64,000 nt of DNA from Sedimentisphaerales bacterium. Its GTDB lineage: Bacteria; Planctomycetota; Phycisphaerae; Sedimentisphaerales; SM23-30. The notes under the pieces are model-generated. The model was not told the DNA's origin. It saw only the letters and a list, made by a program, of their open reading frames with translations, and made no database searches. A program made the position numbers and the translations under genes. The DNA lies in assembly GCA_963663805.2 (NCBI GenBank), contig CAXXMR010000018.1:1-64000 (forward strand), in the 5' to 3' direction. The first letter of the stretch is position 1; the number at the start of each line of letters is the position of its first letter. Shown in pieces: positions 18,952 through 28,900 of the stretch.

Positions 18952-19602
18952 AAGAGTTAATCGTGAAACCCATTTGTCCAATTCACGCTGAACCAATACA
19001 CCCTAACTGCTCAGTGAGTTGAGCGATTATCGGCTCTAACAAAGAACTGTCAAAAACCCGGGACGCTTCCGAAAGCGAACCCAGCGAAGCACGCGAACAA
19101 CCCAACAGCCGCTGTACTTTTTTGAGCTCGCCGGCCTGCTGCAAAGACCGGATGGAACTGCAGATCGGATTGAACATGTATAACAGCAGCAGACTGATAT
19201 ACTGGTCCATGAATAACGTGCGATTGCCGGCCCGGTCCCGCTCACAACCCGCCGAGTGAAGACCTTTCAGCAGAGCCGAGATGGACTTGAAATACTTGAA
19301 CCCACGCAGGTCCCGCTCCTGGATTTTTTTACGCTTAGCACTCATGCCTCCTATTAGAGCATAAATATCCCTCGAGCGCAAATTACCTATCTTAATATTT
19401 CGGGTTTTTTTTAAAAAAAATACAGGAGGCCAAAAGCCTAAAGCAATAAATGTGCCGAACAGGATTGTAAAAAGTCTCAAAAACACGAATTTATTTGAAA
19501 TTTCTCAAAAAAAACGTTTTTTTTTTGCAAAAACTGGTTCCCTCAGGCACTTATGCGCTGAAAATAAGGCCTTTTCCCATTGCCTACAAGACAAACTTAG
19601 CC

Positions 19603-19631
19603 TTGCCTAAAGCCTCTATTTTCCTTACAAT
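19603..19631 (+). promoter_or_regulatory. Sigma70-type promoter upstream of top6A
   Basis: TTGCCT-17 nt-TACAAT. Confidence 0.55.
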
Positions 19632-19673
19632 CATCGGCTTAGGAAACACGGATTCGTACCAGGAAACGCAAGG

Positions 19674-20774
19674 ATGGCTAAAAGCAAGAAAAACGACCAG
19701 AACGTACTAAAAAAAATCGACTCCAGCGCCCGTGAAGTACACGGCACGATCATGAAGCGTCAATCTCCCACCATGAAGATTCCGGTTCGGAGTCTCAGCA
19801 ATGTCCAGTATCGGCCCAAAATCGGCTATTTTGAGCTGAAAGGCAATGAAAAACAGCGGACTTTGACGGTCAATACTGTAAAAACGTTCGCCCAGACCCT
19901 CAAAATGATGGCCCTGAGCAAGCAGCTCGTCGAAGAAGACAATATGGCCACCAAGAGGGAGGCCTACTATATCAGCAAAAACTGGGGGCATACCGCCTTC
20001 AAGGAGCAGCCCGAATCCGACACTGTGCTTGATGATGTCGAGGCTATGTTCCGTATCAATCGTGAGCAGTTGCGGTTCGTGCCGGAGGAAAAGGGCGGCG
20101 ATGTCGCTGGTCGGCTTACGGTAATTGACCGGGATAATAACGGTCGGCGGCTGGCCATTGACTGCACCAAGTTTGGTTCCGGTGCCTATTCAGTGCCCAT
20201 CGACGTTGAGCATTTGGAGTTTCGTTCCAAGGCTAAATTCATTCTCGCTATTGAGACCGCTGGAGCTTTTCAGCGGTTGGTTAAATACGGTTGGTGGGAT
20301 GAGGTCGGTTGTATCCTTATCAGCATGGGGGGGGTTCCCACCCGTGCCTGCCGCAGATTTATCCGCCGGGTTAGCGACAGCCTCAAAATACCAGTTTACG
20401 CCTTTGTCGATGGCGACCCCTACGGTTATTTCAATATCTACCGGACTCTGAAGGTCGGTTCCGGTAATGCCGCTCACCTGAACGAGTTTTTCTGTGTGCC
20501 TCAGGCGCGTTTTCTGGGCGTAACGCCCCAGGATGTCAAAGACTATGACCTGCCTACCCACAAACTGCTCGAAGTGGACATTAAGCGTGCCAAAGACGCT
20601 CTTAAGAACGACCCGTTTGTCCATCAGCACAAGGAATGGCAGCGGGCCATCAATCAGATGCTCAAGATGGGCGTTCGTGTCGAGCAGCAGGCATTTGCCA
20701 AACACGGGCTGGATTTCGTAATCAAGAATTATCTGCCCGACAAATTGAAAAATACCAAACTTTTTTTGCCTTAA
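19674..20774 (+). CDS. top6A: DNA topoisomerase VI subunit A (Spo11/Top6A)
   Basis: TKREAYY catalytic Tyr motif, F.EQ.ESD..LDD.E, TOPRIM ILAIET..F.RL, GGVP.RA.RRF, DGDPYG, EQQA. Confidence 0.93.
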   Translation: MAKSKKNDQNVLKKIDSSAREVHGTIMKRQSPTMKIPVRSLSNVQYRPKIGYFELKGNEKQRTLTVNTVKTFAQTLKMMALSKQLVEEDNMATKREAYYISKNWGHTAFKEQPESDTVLDDVEAMFRINREQLRFVPEEKGGDVAGRLTVIDRDNNGRRLAIDCTKFGSGAYSVPIDVEHLEFRSKAKFILAIETAGAFQRLVKYGWWDEVGCILISMGGVPTRACRRFIRRVSDSLKIPVYAFVDGDPYGYFNIYRTLKVGSGNAAHLNEFFCVPQARFLGVTPQDVKDYDLPTHKLLEVDIKRAKDALKNDPFVHQHKEWQRAINQMLKMGVRVEQQAFAKHGLDFVIKNYLPDKLKNTKLFLP

Positions 20775-20813
20775 CGCTGAATTAAATATCCTCGGGAAAA
20801 GGAGAATAGTTCG

Positions 20814-22409
20814 ATGCTAAGAAGTCTTTTTACGCTGTTGGTTGTTGTATCAGTTTTTTCGATTGCTCAGGCCGATATAAGTATCCTCCCGCAGCCTGCG
20901 GATATGGAGGTTGGCTCGGGCCGTTTCCAACTCAACGCCCAAACCATTCTCATCGCCCCTGACGAATCAGCGAAATATCTAAACGCGACCTTAGCTCCAG
21001 CCACCGGTTTTGCCCTCAAGACTGCTTCGACCGCACCGGATAAAAATTACATTAAACTGCAACTTGTTCCCGACTCCGGTTTAGCCCCCGAAGCCTATAA
21101 TCTCGAAGTAACCGACCAATCCGTAAACATTACCGCTGCTGATACCGCTGGTTTGTTCTATGGCATCCAGACTTTGCGTCAGCTTCTTCCCTCGGAAATT
21201 TTTGCCTCAACCCAACAGAATACCACCTGGATGGTCCCCGCTGTTTCCATCAAAGACACTCCCCGTTTCGCCTGGCGGGGCCAGCATCTGGATGTCGGTC
21301 GCCATTATATGCCCGTCGATTTCATCAAACGCTACCTCGACCTGATGGCCCTGCATAAGCTTAATACTTTCCACTGGCACCTTACCGAAGACCAGGGCTG
21401 GCGTATCGAAATCAAGAAATACCCCAAACTCACGGAAATTTCCGCCTGGCGTAAAGAAAGCCTCATCGGCCATTGGCGTGACAAACCCCACACCTACGAC
21501 GGCAAAAGGTACGGTGGTTTTTATACGCAGGACCAGGTTCGCGAAATTGTAAAATATGCTGCGGCCCTTCATATTAACGTTGTGCCGGAAATCGAAATGC
21601 CCGGCCATTCGCGGGCGGTTCTGGCTGCCTACCCTAAGCTTTCCTGCACCGGCGGCCCGCACGAAGTTGCCACCCACCAGGGTGTTTTTGAGGATGTCTA
21701 TTGCGCTGGAAATGATGAGGTATTCACATTCCTGCAGAATGTGCTTGATGAAGTTATCGAGCTGTTTCCGTCGCAATATATCCACATCGGCGGCGATGAG
21801 TGTCCCAAGAAGCGCTGGGAGAAATGCTCCCGCTGTCAGGCCCGCATCAAGGCTGAAGGTCTCAAAGACGAGCATGAGCTCCAGTCCTGGTTCATCCAGC
21901 GTATAGATAGATATCTAACCTCGAAAGGTCGTACTATTATCGGCTGGGACGAGATTCTCGAAGGCGGTCTGTCCCCCAACGCCGCAGTAATGTCCTGGCG
22001 GGGCGAAAAGGGCGGGATTGAGGCTGCTCAGCAGGAGCATTATGTTGTCATGTCACCCAATACCTATTGCTATTTTGACTATTACCAGGGCCCCAAAGAA
22101 GATGAGCCATTAGCGATTGGCGGCCTGCTCACTCTGGATAAGGTTTATTCTTATGAACCTGTGCCTGCTCAATTGACAGCCGACCAGCAAAAATATATCC
22201 TCGGCATCCAGGCCAACCTCTGGACCGAGTATATTGGCACCCCGGCGTATGCCGAGTACATGGCCTATCCCAGGACCTGTGCCCTGGCCGAAATCGCCTG
22301 GTCGGTCAATACCCAAAAAGATTACCCCGCGTTTCAGGCTCGTCTGAAAAACCATCTAATCCGACTCAAAGCGATGAAGGTAAACTATCATCCGCTGGAT
22401 AAGGAATGA
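20814..22409 (+). CDS. Secreted beta-N-acetylhexosaminidase (GH20)
   Basis: Signal peptide; PRFAWRG, HWHLTEDQGWR, PEIEMPGH, HIGGDE, LWTE. Confidence 0.96.
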   Translation: MLRSLFTLLVVVSVFSIAQADISILPQPADMEVGSGRFQLNAQTILIAPDESAKYLNATLAPATGFALKTASTAPDKNYIKLQLVPDSGLAPEAYNLEVTDQSVNITAADTAGLFYGIQTLRQLLPSEIFASTQQNTTWMVPAVSIKDTPRFAWRGQHLDVGRHYMPVDFIKRYLDLMALHKLNTFHWHLTEDQGWRIEIKKYPKLTEISAWRKESLIGHWRDKPHTYDGKRYGGFYTQDQVREIVKYAAALHINVVPEIEMPGHSRAVLAAYPKLSCTGGPHEVATHQGVFEDVYCAGNDEVFTFLQNVLDEVIELFPSQYIHIGGDECPKKRWEKCSRCQARIKAEGLKDEHELQSWFIQRIDRYLTSKGRTIIGWDEILEGGLSPNAAVMSWRGEKGGIEAAQQEHYVVMSPNTYCYFDYYQGPKEDEPLAIGGLLTLDKVYSYEPVPAQLTADQQKYILGIQANLWTEYIGTPAYAEYMAYPRTCALAEIAWSVNTQKDYPAFQARLKNHLIRLKAMKVNYHPLDKE

Positions 22410-22664
22410 TTAACATCGGCAGTCACCACGGCACGTTCGGCTCCGGTTTCGCTGCCGGCGAACATATATCTTCCGCCCGATCACTATTGTCTCAGAGCGA
22501 TACTACGCACACTTGACAACTACAGACTTGCCGAAAAGACACATTTTTTCAAAAGACAAGTATTTTTTGGTCGAATTAGGCATTTTTCGCTGGAAATAGA
22601 GCTAAAAAAAACTGCTTCAACCAGTTTCGGCTAAAGCAGCTTGTAATTTAGACAGGGGGGGGCT

Positions 22665-22898
22665 TCAGGAAACCAGGCCTTGAACGTCCTCTGGTTTCAA
22701 CTGCGATGCCTTCTTATCCAGCTTTAAACTCACCCAGCTCATAACCCCTGGAGTATAGGGGAATTCACCGGCCTTGATAAGCTCGACCATGTGAGCATCA
22801 CGGCGATCCTGTTCGGCCTCTTTTTTGACCGAATTAATCTCGCGGGTAGCTTTGGCCCGAGCCAAACGTTTGTCCATTCTTTCACGTCTTTGACCCAT
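22665..22898 (-). CDS. Small hypothetical protein (77 aa)
   Basis: GGAG RBS, ATG, helical and basic composition; no family recognised. Confidence 0.65.
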   Translation of the reverse strand: MGQRRERMDKRLARAKATREINSVKKEAEQDRRDAHMVELIKAGEFPYTPGVMSWVSLKLDKKASQLKPEDVQGLVS

Positions 22899-22982
22899 TA
22901 TCGTAAATCTCCATCTGGCAATCAGTTATATTTCTATCCAGTATAGCTAAGACTCACTATTGTACATAGGAAAGGGGGGAGG

Positions 22983-25900
22983 TCAAGGGGATTTTCTATT
23001 TTTTTCTGTTATGAGGCCAGTGTCTCCGGCATCGCTTGCGGCACGAGTAAGGATGCTTAGTACGGTTGGATGGTTACTAAAGCGTGCCGCGTGTTGGGCC
23101 AACTCAACAGCGACGTCGATGTCGCCGCTGGTAACGAGAGTATCCAGGAGCTTTGACATGCGTGAAATGCCAAGCATATCAGCCTGGAACAGACTCTCTA
23201 GCAGATGTAGTGACATGTCGTGTTTACCTAGCTTTTCGGCAATATCAGCAATCCAGAGGCTATGCTGCCCTAATCGGCAAGAAAATGGTTCCAGACGTTC
23301 AAGGATACTATCGGCGACATACTCTAGTTTGGAGCTATGGGCCCATTCGGCGAGAAGGCACAGATAATTAATATATCTTACTGTCCCGAGTTTATTTGTG
23401 TTATGTAGCTGCTCCAGTTCCTCGAGAACAATTTCAAGATGCCACGTCGGATTGGCCGGATCGGGAGTTTCAGGCAGAAGCAGACGAATATCAAATACTT
23501 CTGAGTCAAGTGGTGCGTATTTTTCGGGTCGCAGGATAAGGCTGACCATTTTTGCATAATTATCAGCTTGATGGTTTGCCGCGTCAAATCGGGCTATGCA
23601 GGTCCATACTTGGCGGAGTTTCTGAGAGGGATTTGTTAAGGCTGACTGACGGTAGCTTTCAATCTGGCTTAGGATGGATGCCTGATTCAAAGACAGCAGT
23701 CGCGTCAGGCGTTCCTGCTCCAATTCATCATCCACCTGGTCCAGCGGAGTGGGTGTTAGTCTATTGAGCATAGTGACGTGAAAATTATCACGTTGCCGCA
23801 ACGGCAGCGTATCAAGATAAATATCGATTTGAGCCAGGCGCTCACGCCATTCTTCGTGTGAGTGGCCCTGAAGCTGATTCCAAGCCATCACCCAGCGCAT
23901 AATACGGTTGGTACTCACTGAATAGCCCTGGTCGAAGTAAAGTTGTGCCAAAATGGTTAAAGCTCTGGTGTCCTCGGGGTCGGTATCAGCAATTATGTTG
24001 TTGAGAACCAAGGGGAATTCATCAATAAGATGTGAATCATGAGCAGCTAAGGCAAACAGAACGGCGCGATCCTTGCGATTCAAAAGTTTTTTCTCGTACA
24101 GACTGCGAAACTCTTGCAGATAAGACTGTACGTCGTTATGCAAGATGGATGCGGCTAGAGCGGGTATCAGTCCGGCGATATCTCCACGATTTGGTGAGGC
24201 CGGCAGCAGGAAGGCTTGATACTCCCTTAAGGTAAAGGGGCATTCTGCCAGAGCTTCGAACAGTCTTATGCGTTGCTCCCTGCCTTGAGTTTTTTTCTGG
24301 AGTTCCTGCAGATAACCTTTGAGTCCGCCCGGAGAAGGCGATTCGGGCCATAAAGGACTGTAGAACCGCAATTCATTGCGACATGCCGTTTTATAAGAGA
24401 CCAAGGTAGAGCGAACCTTATCACAACGCCCCATCTGCAAATATGCATTCATTACTTGCACCGGCCCCAGAGGACTTCCGCTGTGTCGTGCGGCGGTGAG
24501 AGCGGCAAGTGGGTTGCCCGTATTGATACGCAGCTGTGCTACTTTTCCCCATGTGGATGTCTGCATGGTTCCGGAGCTGGTCAGATGATTGTCAAGTAAT
24601 TCCGCCAGAGGCGCATACATACCTTCCTGTTCAAAGCTGGTCATCACACGCTCAGTTATCTCTTGATTTTGAGGAGCAAGCTGAAAAGCCTGCTGAAATG
24701 CCGGGCGTGCCTCGTTATTGTCGCCCAGGCTTTGTAAAAACAGTCCTTCGGCAAAAGCCAGCGGGGCAGTGACCCCTTCAAACATCTTTCGTTTTCGCAA
24801 ACCGGCAACCATGTCTTTACGATCTTCCGGCGTTATCATGAACACCAGGTCCTCCAGCATTTCACAATCAGAGGCTGAAAGTTGCCGGGCTGAAAGTAAA
24901 TAATCCAGGGCTTCCCGGGCGGATGTCAGGGCCTGGCCGTAGAATCCCGCATGAGCTCTGACCAGGGCGGTACAAGCCCAAATCGCGGGATTATCAGGTT
25001 GCTCTACGAGCAGTTGTTCTCCCAGTTCCATGCACAACTTAGCGGCATTGCGGTTTGATAACCATTGATCGCGACGGAGTTGTGAATAGATTTTATCTGG
25101 ATTTAATTTGTAAGGTGGAGATTGTCGAAAAATGTCCAAAATGGCCGTACTAAGTTCAGGGGCGGGCTCAAATCTTAAAGCACCGGCTAGTTGGAGCAGG
25201 GAAATGCGGCGTTGGTCCTCGGGTCGATTTTTTACCATGTCGTGCAGCAGCGAGGGACGGTCCGCAGGTGGACTGGATTGCATCAGGCGGGCCAGTTCCG
25301 CAACCGGCGTGCTGGAGGCGAGACAGATATCATGTCGCAGTGTTGCCATATCTGTCCACATCGCAGCGTCAAAGCTTTCTGCCAGTTGATAAATTATCCG
25401 ATTGTAGATTTCTCGGCTTGAACTTACGGCATTATCACGTGTACGCAGCATGCGGTTTATCAGAATCGCGTGTTGCTTCTGGTCAAAGATGTGCCAGGTC
25501 AAGTGGATACATTGAGTTAGATTGTCAAGTATTTGACGCTGCGTCCCGGCATTTCGTGCCGCATCAATCCAGGTTAAGGTTGCGTCCAGAATGAGTTGTT
25601 CATCAGCCAGAGCTACCGCGGCAACGGTGCATACGCGAGCGGTATTGGGGGTTAAAGATAGAGAATTATCGTTTAGCCAACGATGGATAGTCTCGCGGAC
25701 CTGATCGTCGCGGCCAGCAAACAGAAGAAATGGCAGGAGTCTTTCCAGCTGCTGGTTATTGATGGGGCGGTCGGGAGGCAATATTACGGGGGTTTGTTCC
25801 GGGCCAATCATATTAGCAATAGCTATTTCTATCGGCAGTTCGTTTTCGATTTGGTCTTCTAAAAAAGTGCGAGCTCGATGTGGCAGTCCCCAGTTAATAC

Positions 25901-28900
25901 GGGTATCGATAATAGTTTTGGCGAGCAGAGTATCTTCCGGGAAACGCTGTATCAGGGCTCGGTCGCAGGAATCGGCTACATCACAACGATGCATAGCCAG
26001 GCCAAGCAGCCGCATTGTTCGGGCCAACTGTGATAAGCGTGGATATGTGTCCAGTCTTTCCCCGGCGGCAGGTGTCGGCAACGCGACAAGCTCTTGTTTA
26101 AAGCGGTCGTTAAAATGATCGATGAGTCGGCATTGGGATGATTCGTCGCGAGCACTGCTTATCAAGCCATCCAATGTCGCGTCAAAAAACAATTTGAATT
26201 CGTCGTAGTTGGCTGATATTCGATGTCGAAGATGTCTAACACCCAGTGTCTGAGAAACGGAAGTAGTGTCAGAAGCGGTATGCACATGGCGGAATTGACG
26301 TTCGATCATGATGTCAACAGCGTGCAGGTACCGGACGAAAGCATCATCATACCGGTCCAATTGTTCCAACAGAGTGCCTGATTTTTGCAACAACTCTACA
26401 TCATCGGGTTTACCGACAAGAAGCTCGCGAATAATTCGCTCAGCCATAGGCGAAGCACCTGTACGCTCATAAGAGTCAGCGATCAGGAGTTTTACACGTG
26501 TCGAATCTCCATTCGCGGCGGCCAGGCTAAAGGATCGATCCGCTGAGGCAGGTTCACCGGCCTGCAGAAATGCTTCTCCCAAATCGGTAAATACCTGAGG
26601 AGGCATCTGCTCACCGAGAGCAATAACCGTCCGGCCGAAGTCTATCTGTTTTTCGATATTGTTCTGAGATTTGGCGACATTTATAAGTTCGCGTAGAAAA
26701 GCCGGTCGTCTTTCGCCGGCGACCACAACCGCCTGCTCCAATATTGCTATGATTTCATTAGAGTGACCGAGCCCATCGTGCAGGTCGGCTGCGAGACGAT
26801 AAAGATAGACTCGACCAGGTTTTGACGCGATACGAATTTTCGCCTGCCGGAGAGTCCATTTCAATACCCGCGGAGATGCTTCCAGATTAAGCAGACCATC
26901 GACGCAAACTGTGAAAAGGTCATCTTCGACTGCCTCTGAGAGCATGATCTGGAATGCTGCCAGGGCCTGTTTAGCTTGCCCGGCTTCTTTGAGTTCGCGA
27001 GCCCACAACAGCCACGCCTCAATGCGATCCGGGAATCGAGCCAGCATACGCGCGTAATGTTGAGCCGCCTGTTGATGTTCACCTATCAGCCCCAATACTC
27101 CCGCTGCGAATTCGTCAGCCATTTGACCGGACGGCACATATTGGGCAAAACGTTCGAGAACGTCGCGTGCCTGACGCGGCTGTTGGCGTTCGATAGCGAT
27201 AATAGCCATCTGCTGGAGATAGTCGGCGGCATTTTGAGGGTCAAGGCGGATTAGTTCGTCAAGCAGGCGATAGCTGCGTCCGAATTGTTCACTGTTAAGA
27301 TGTACACGAACAAGTTTGTTAAGGGTTCCGACTTTATCCTGTTGGTTCAAAGCGAATTCGTGGAGTATCTCCGCGGCGGCAATAGGGTCATTAGCGGTAC
27401 TGTAGATGTCAACAAGCATATCAAGTTCACGGTTTCCGCCAGTATCACTGTCGAGCTTGTCTTCCAATTCTACCGCCAAGTCCGCAAGACGTCCGGTCCG
27501 GGCAGCCAGATCAAGCAGGCGTTGTTGTGCCTGCCGCTGCCGCGAAGGATTTTCGACTTTCTGCCATATCTGGTACCAACGCTCGTAGGCACAATCAACT
27601 TTTCCGAGGCGTTCTTCTACGGCAGCGATTTTCCAGAGGATGTCTTCGCCGCGGCTTAGTTCATAGATTTCGTTGTATATCTGCAAAGCTCGACTATGAT
27701 TATCCAAACGCTCCAGGGCCTGTGCGACGCGTGTCAAACTTCGAGCGTCTGCCTGGGCCGCGTCATGAGCCTGGTCAAGCATACGCAGAGCCCCCTCGGT
27801 ATCACCCTGGTCACGAAGAAGCTTCGCCAGGAAAAGCCGGGCCTCAAGCCGGGATGCGGCATTATTTCGGTCCACCTTATCAGCGGCGCATTGCGCCAGG
27901 TCATAGAATGCTACCTGACGCGCACCTTCCGCGAGATCGAGCAGTATCTCGGCGTTAGAGTTGATTTTGATTTGTTCATCGAATAGCCTGCGGGCCTCTT
28001 CGCGTCGATTGTCGAGCAGCCGCAAACGTGCCAGTGCCGTCAGATATTCGATACGATGCGGATCTTGATTCAAAAGGCTTAAATAGATGGATTCAGCCTG
28101 ATCAATGTGACCGGTTTCTACGGCGCAGTCTATTGCCACACGCTGCAAGGTCTCCGAAGCCAACACGTCTTGGCTGGCTGCCAGATGATTGGGAACTAGT
28201 ATTTGAAGAACTTCATCTGTTCGGCCAAGTTCTCTCAGAATCGTTGACAAGGCATGTAGATCGTCTGCTGATAGATTGCCGGCGTTGTACCATTCATCGG
28301 CCAGTTCTGAGAGATGTCCTCCTGCCCGGGCGGCGGCGATGATGCGTTCTGTCACATAGCGGTGATCACGTTTTTTTGCGGCGGCATCCCGTGCTTCTTG
28401 ATAGGTCTGGAGAGCTTTATCATACTGGTTATCACGCAATAGAAACAGACCTTCGAAGAGCAAATCTGTAAAGGTTTTATCCTCTGTCGGTATTTCCTGC
28501 TGCAAAACTACGGCAGTGTCATAATCCTGGTTCAGGGCCGCCAGATGCAGGCAAAAATCCGTATGTTGTGGAGAATCGAGTTGTTGAGCGGTTTCGAGCA
28601 GGCATTGGCGGGCCTGGTCCATTTGGCCCGAATCATAGAGAATCTGAGCCTTACGGATGGATTGGGAGAACATGACCTCTGGGGGCAGATCAGCTTTTAT
28701 CAGTTCATTGAGCGTATCTAAAGCGATTTGGTCATGCCCGATCATTTCGGCAACCTGCGCCAACTGCGCCTGAACGCGATAATCAGCGTTGGGCTGTTGG
28801 CTCAAGACCCGCAAACGTTCGTAAGCATTTTCTAAATCATTATTCTCTAAAGCGAGATTGCAGCTTAGAAAATCTGTCCGAAAGCCGGGGCGGGCCTTTT

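Larger units (their letters stand above)
17391..19000 (+). mobile_element. IS3-family insertion sequence, 1610 bp, apparently intact
   Basis: TG...CA ends; IRL TGTATTGCCTCAGTTGGAAATGGACAAAT vs IRR(rc) TGTATTGGTTCAGCGTGAATTGGACAAAT; 4-bp TSD CCCT (17387-17390 / 19001-19004). Confidence 0.96.
16559..19345 (-). pseudogene. IS4-family DDE transposase split by IS3 insertion (19345-19001 + 17386-16559 = 390 aa)
   Basis: Rejoining at the CCCT TSD gives ...QLTEQLG-PISQDKKLEVGQVITLVDGS...DRGY...YQKRWAIEIFFRFFK (YREK-type motif). Confidence 0.92.
16407..19467 (-). mobile_element. IS4-family insertion sequence (1447 bp native) interrupted by an IS3
   Basis: Perfect 27-bp terminal IRs CAATCCTGTTCGGCACATTTATTGCTT (16407-16433 / 19441-19467); 9-bp TSD TAAAAAGTC at 16398-16406 and 19468-19476. 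Confidence 0.95.

Noticed and set aside
18728..18991. 87-aa ORF in the IS3 tail as a passenger protein
   Set aside because: GTG start without a clear RBS, no recognisable motif, runs into the IRR and overlaps an internal promoter; an RNA-level explanation fits better, though the ORF is not formally excluded
19346..19486. N-terminal extension of the 167-aa IS4 ORF
   Set aside because: It crosses the IS terminal repeat; the real start is ATG 19345 after GGAGG
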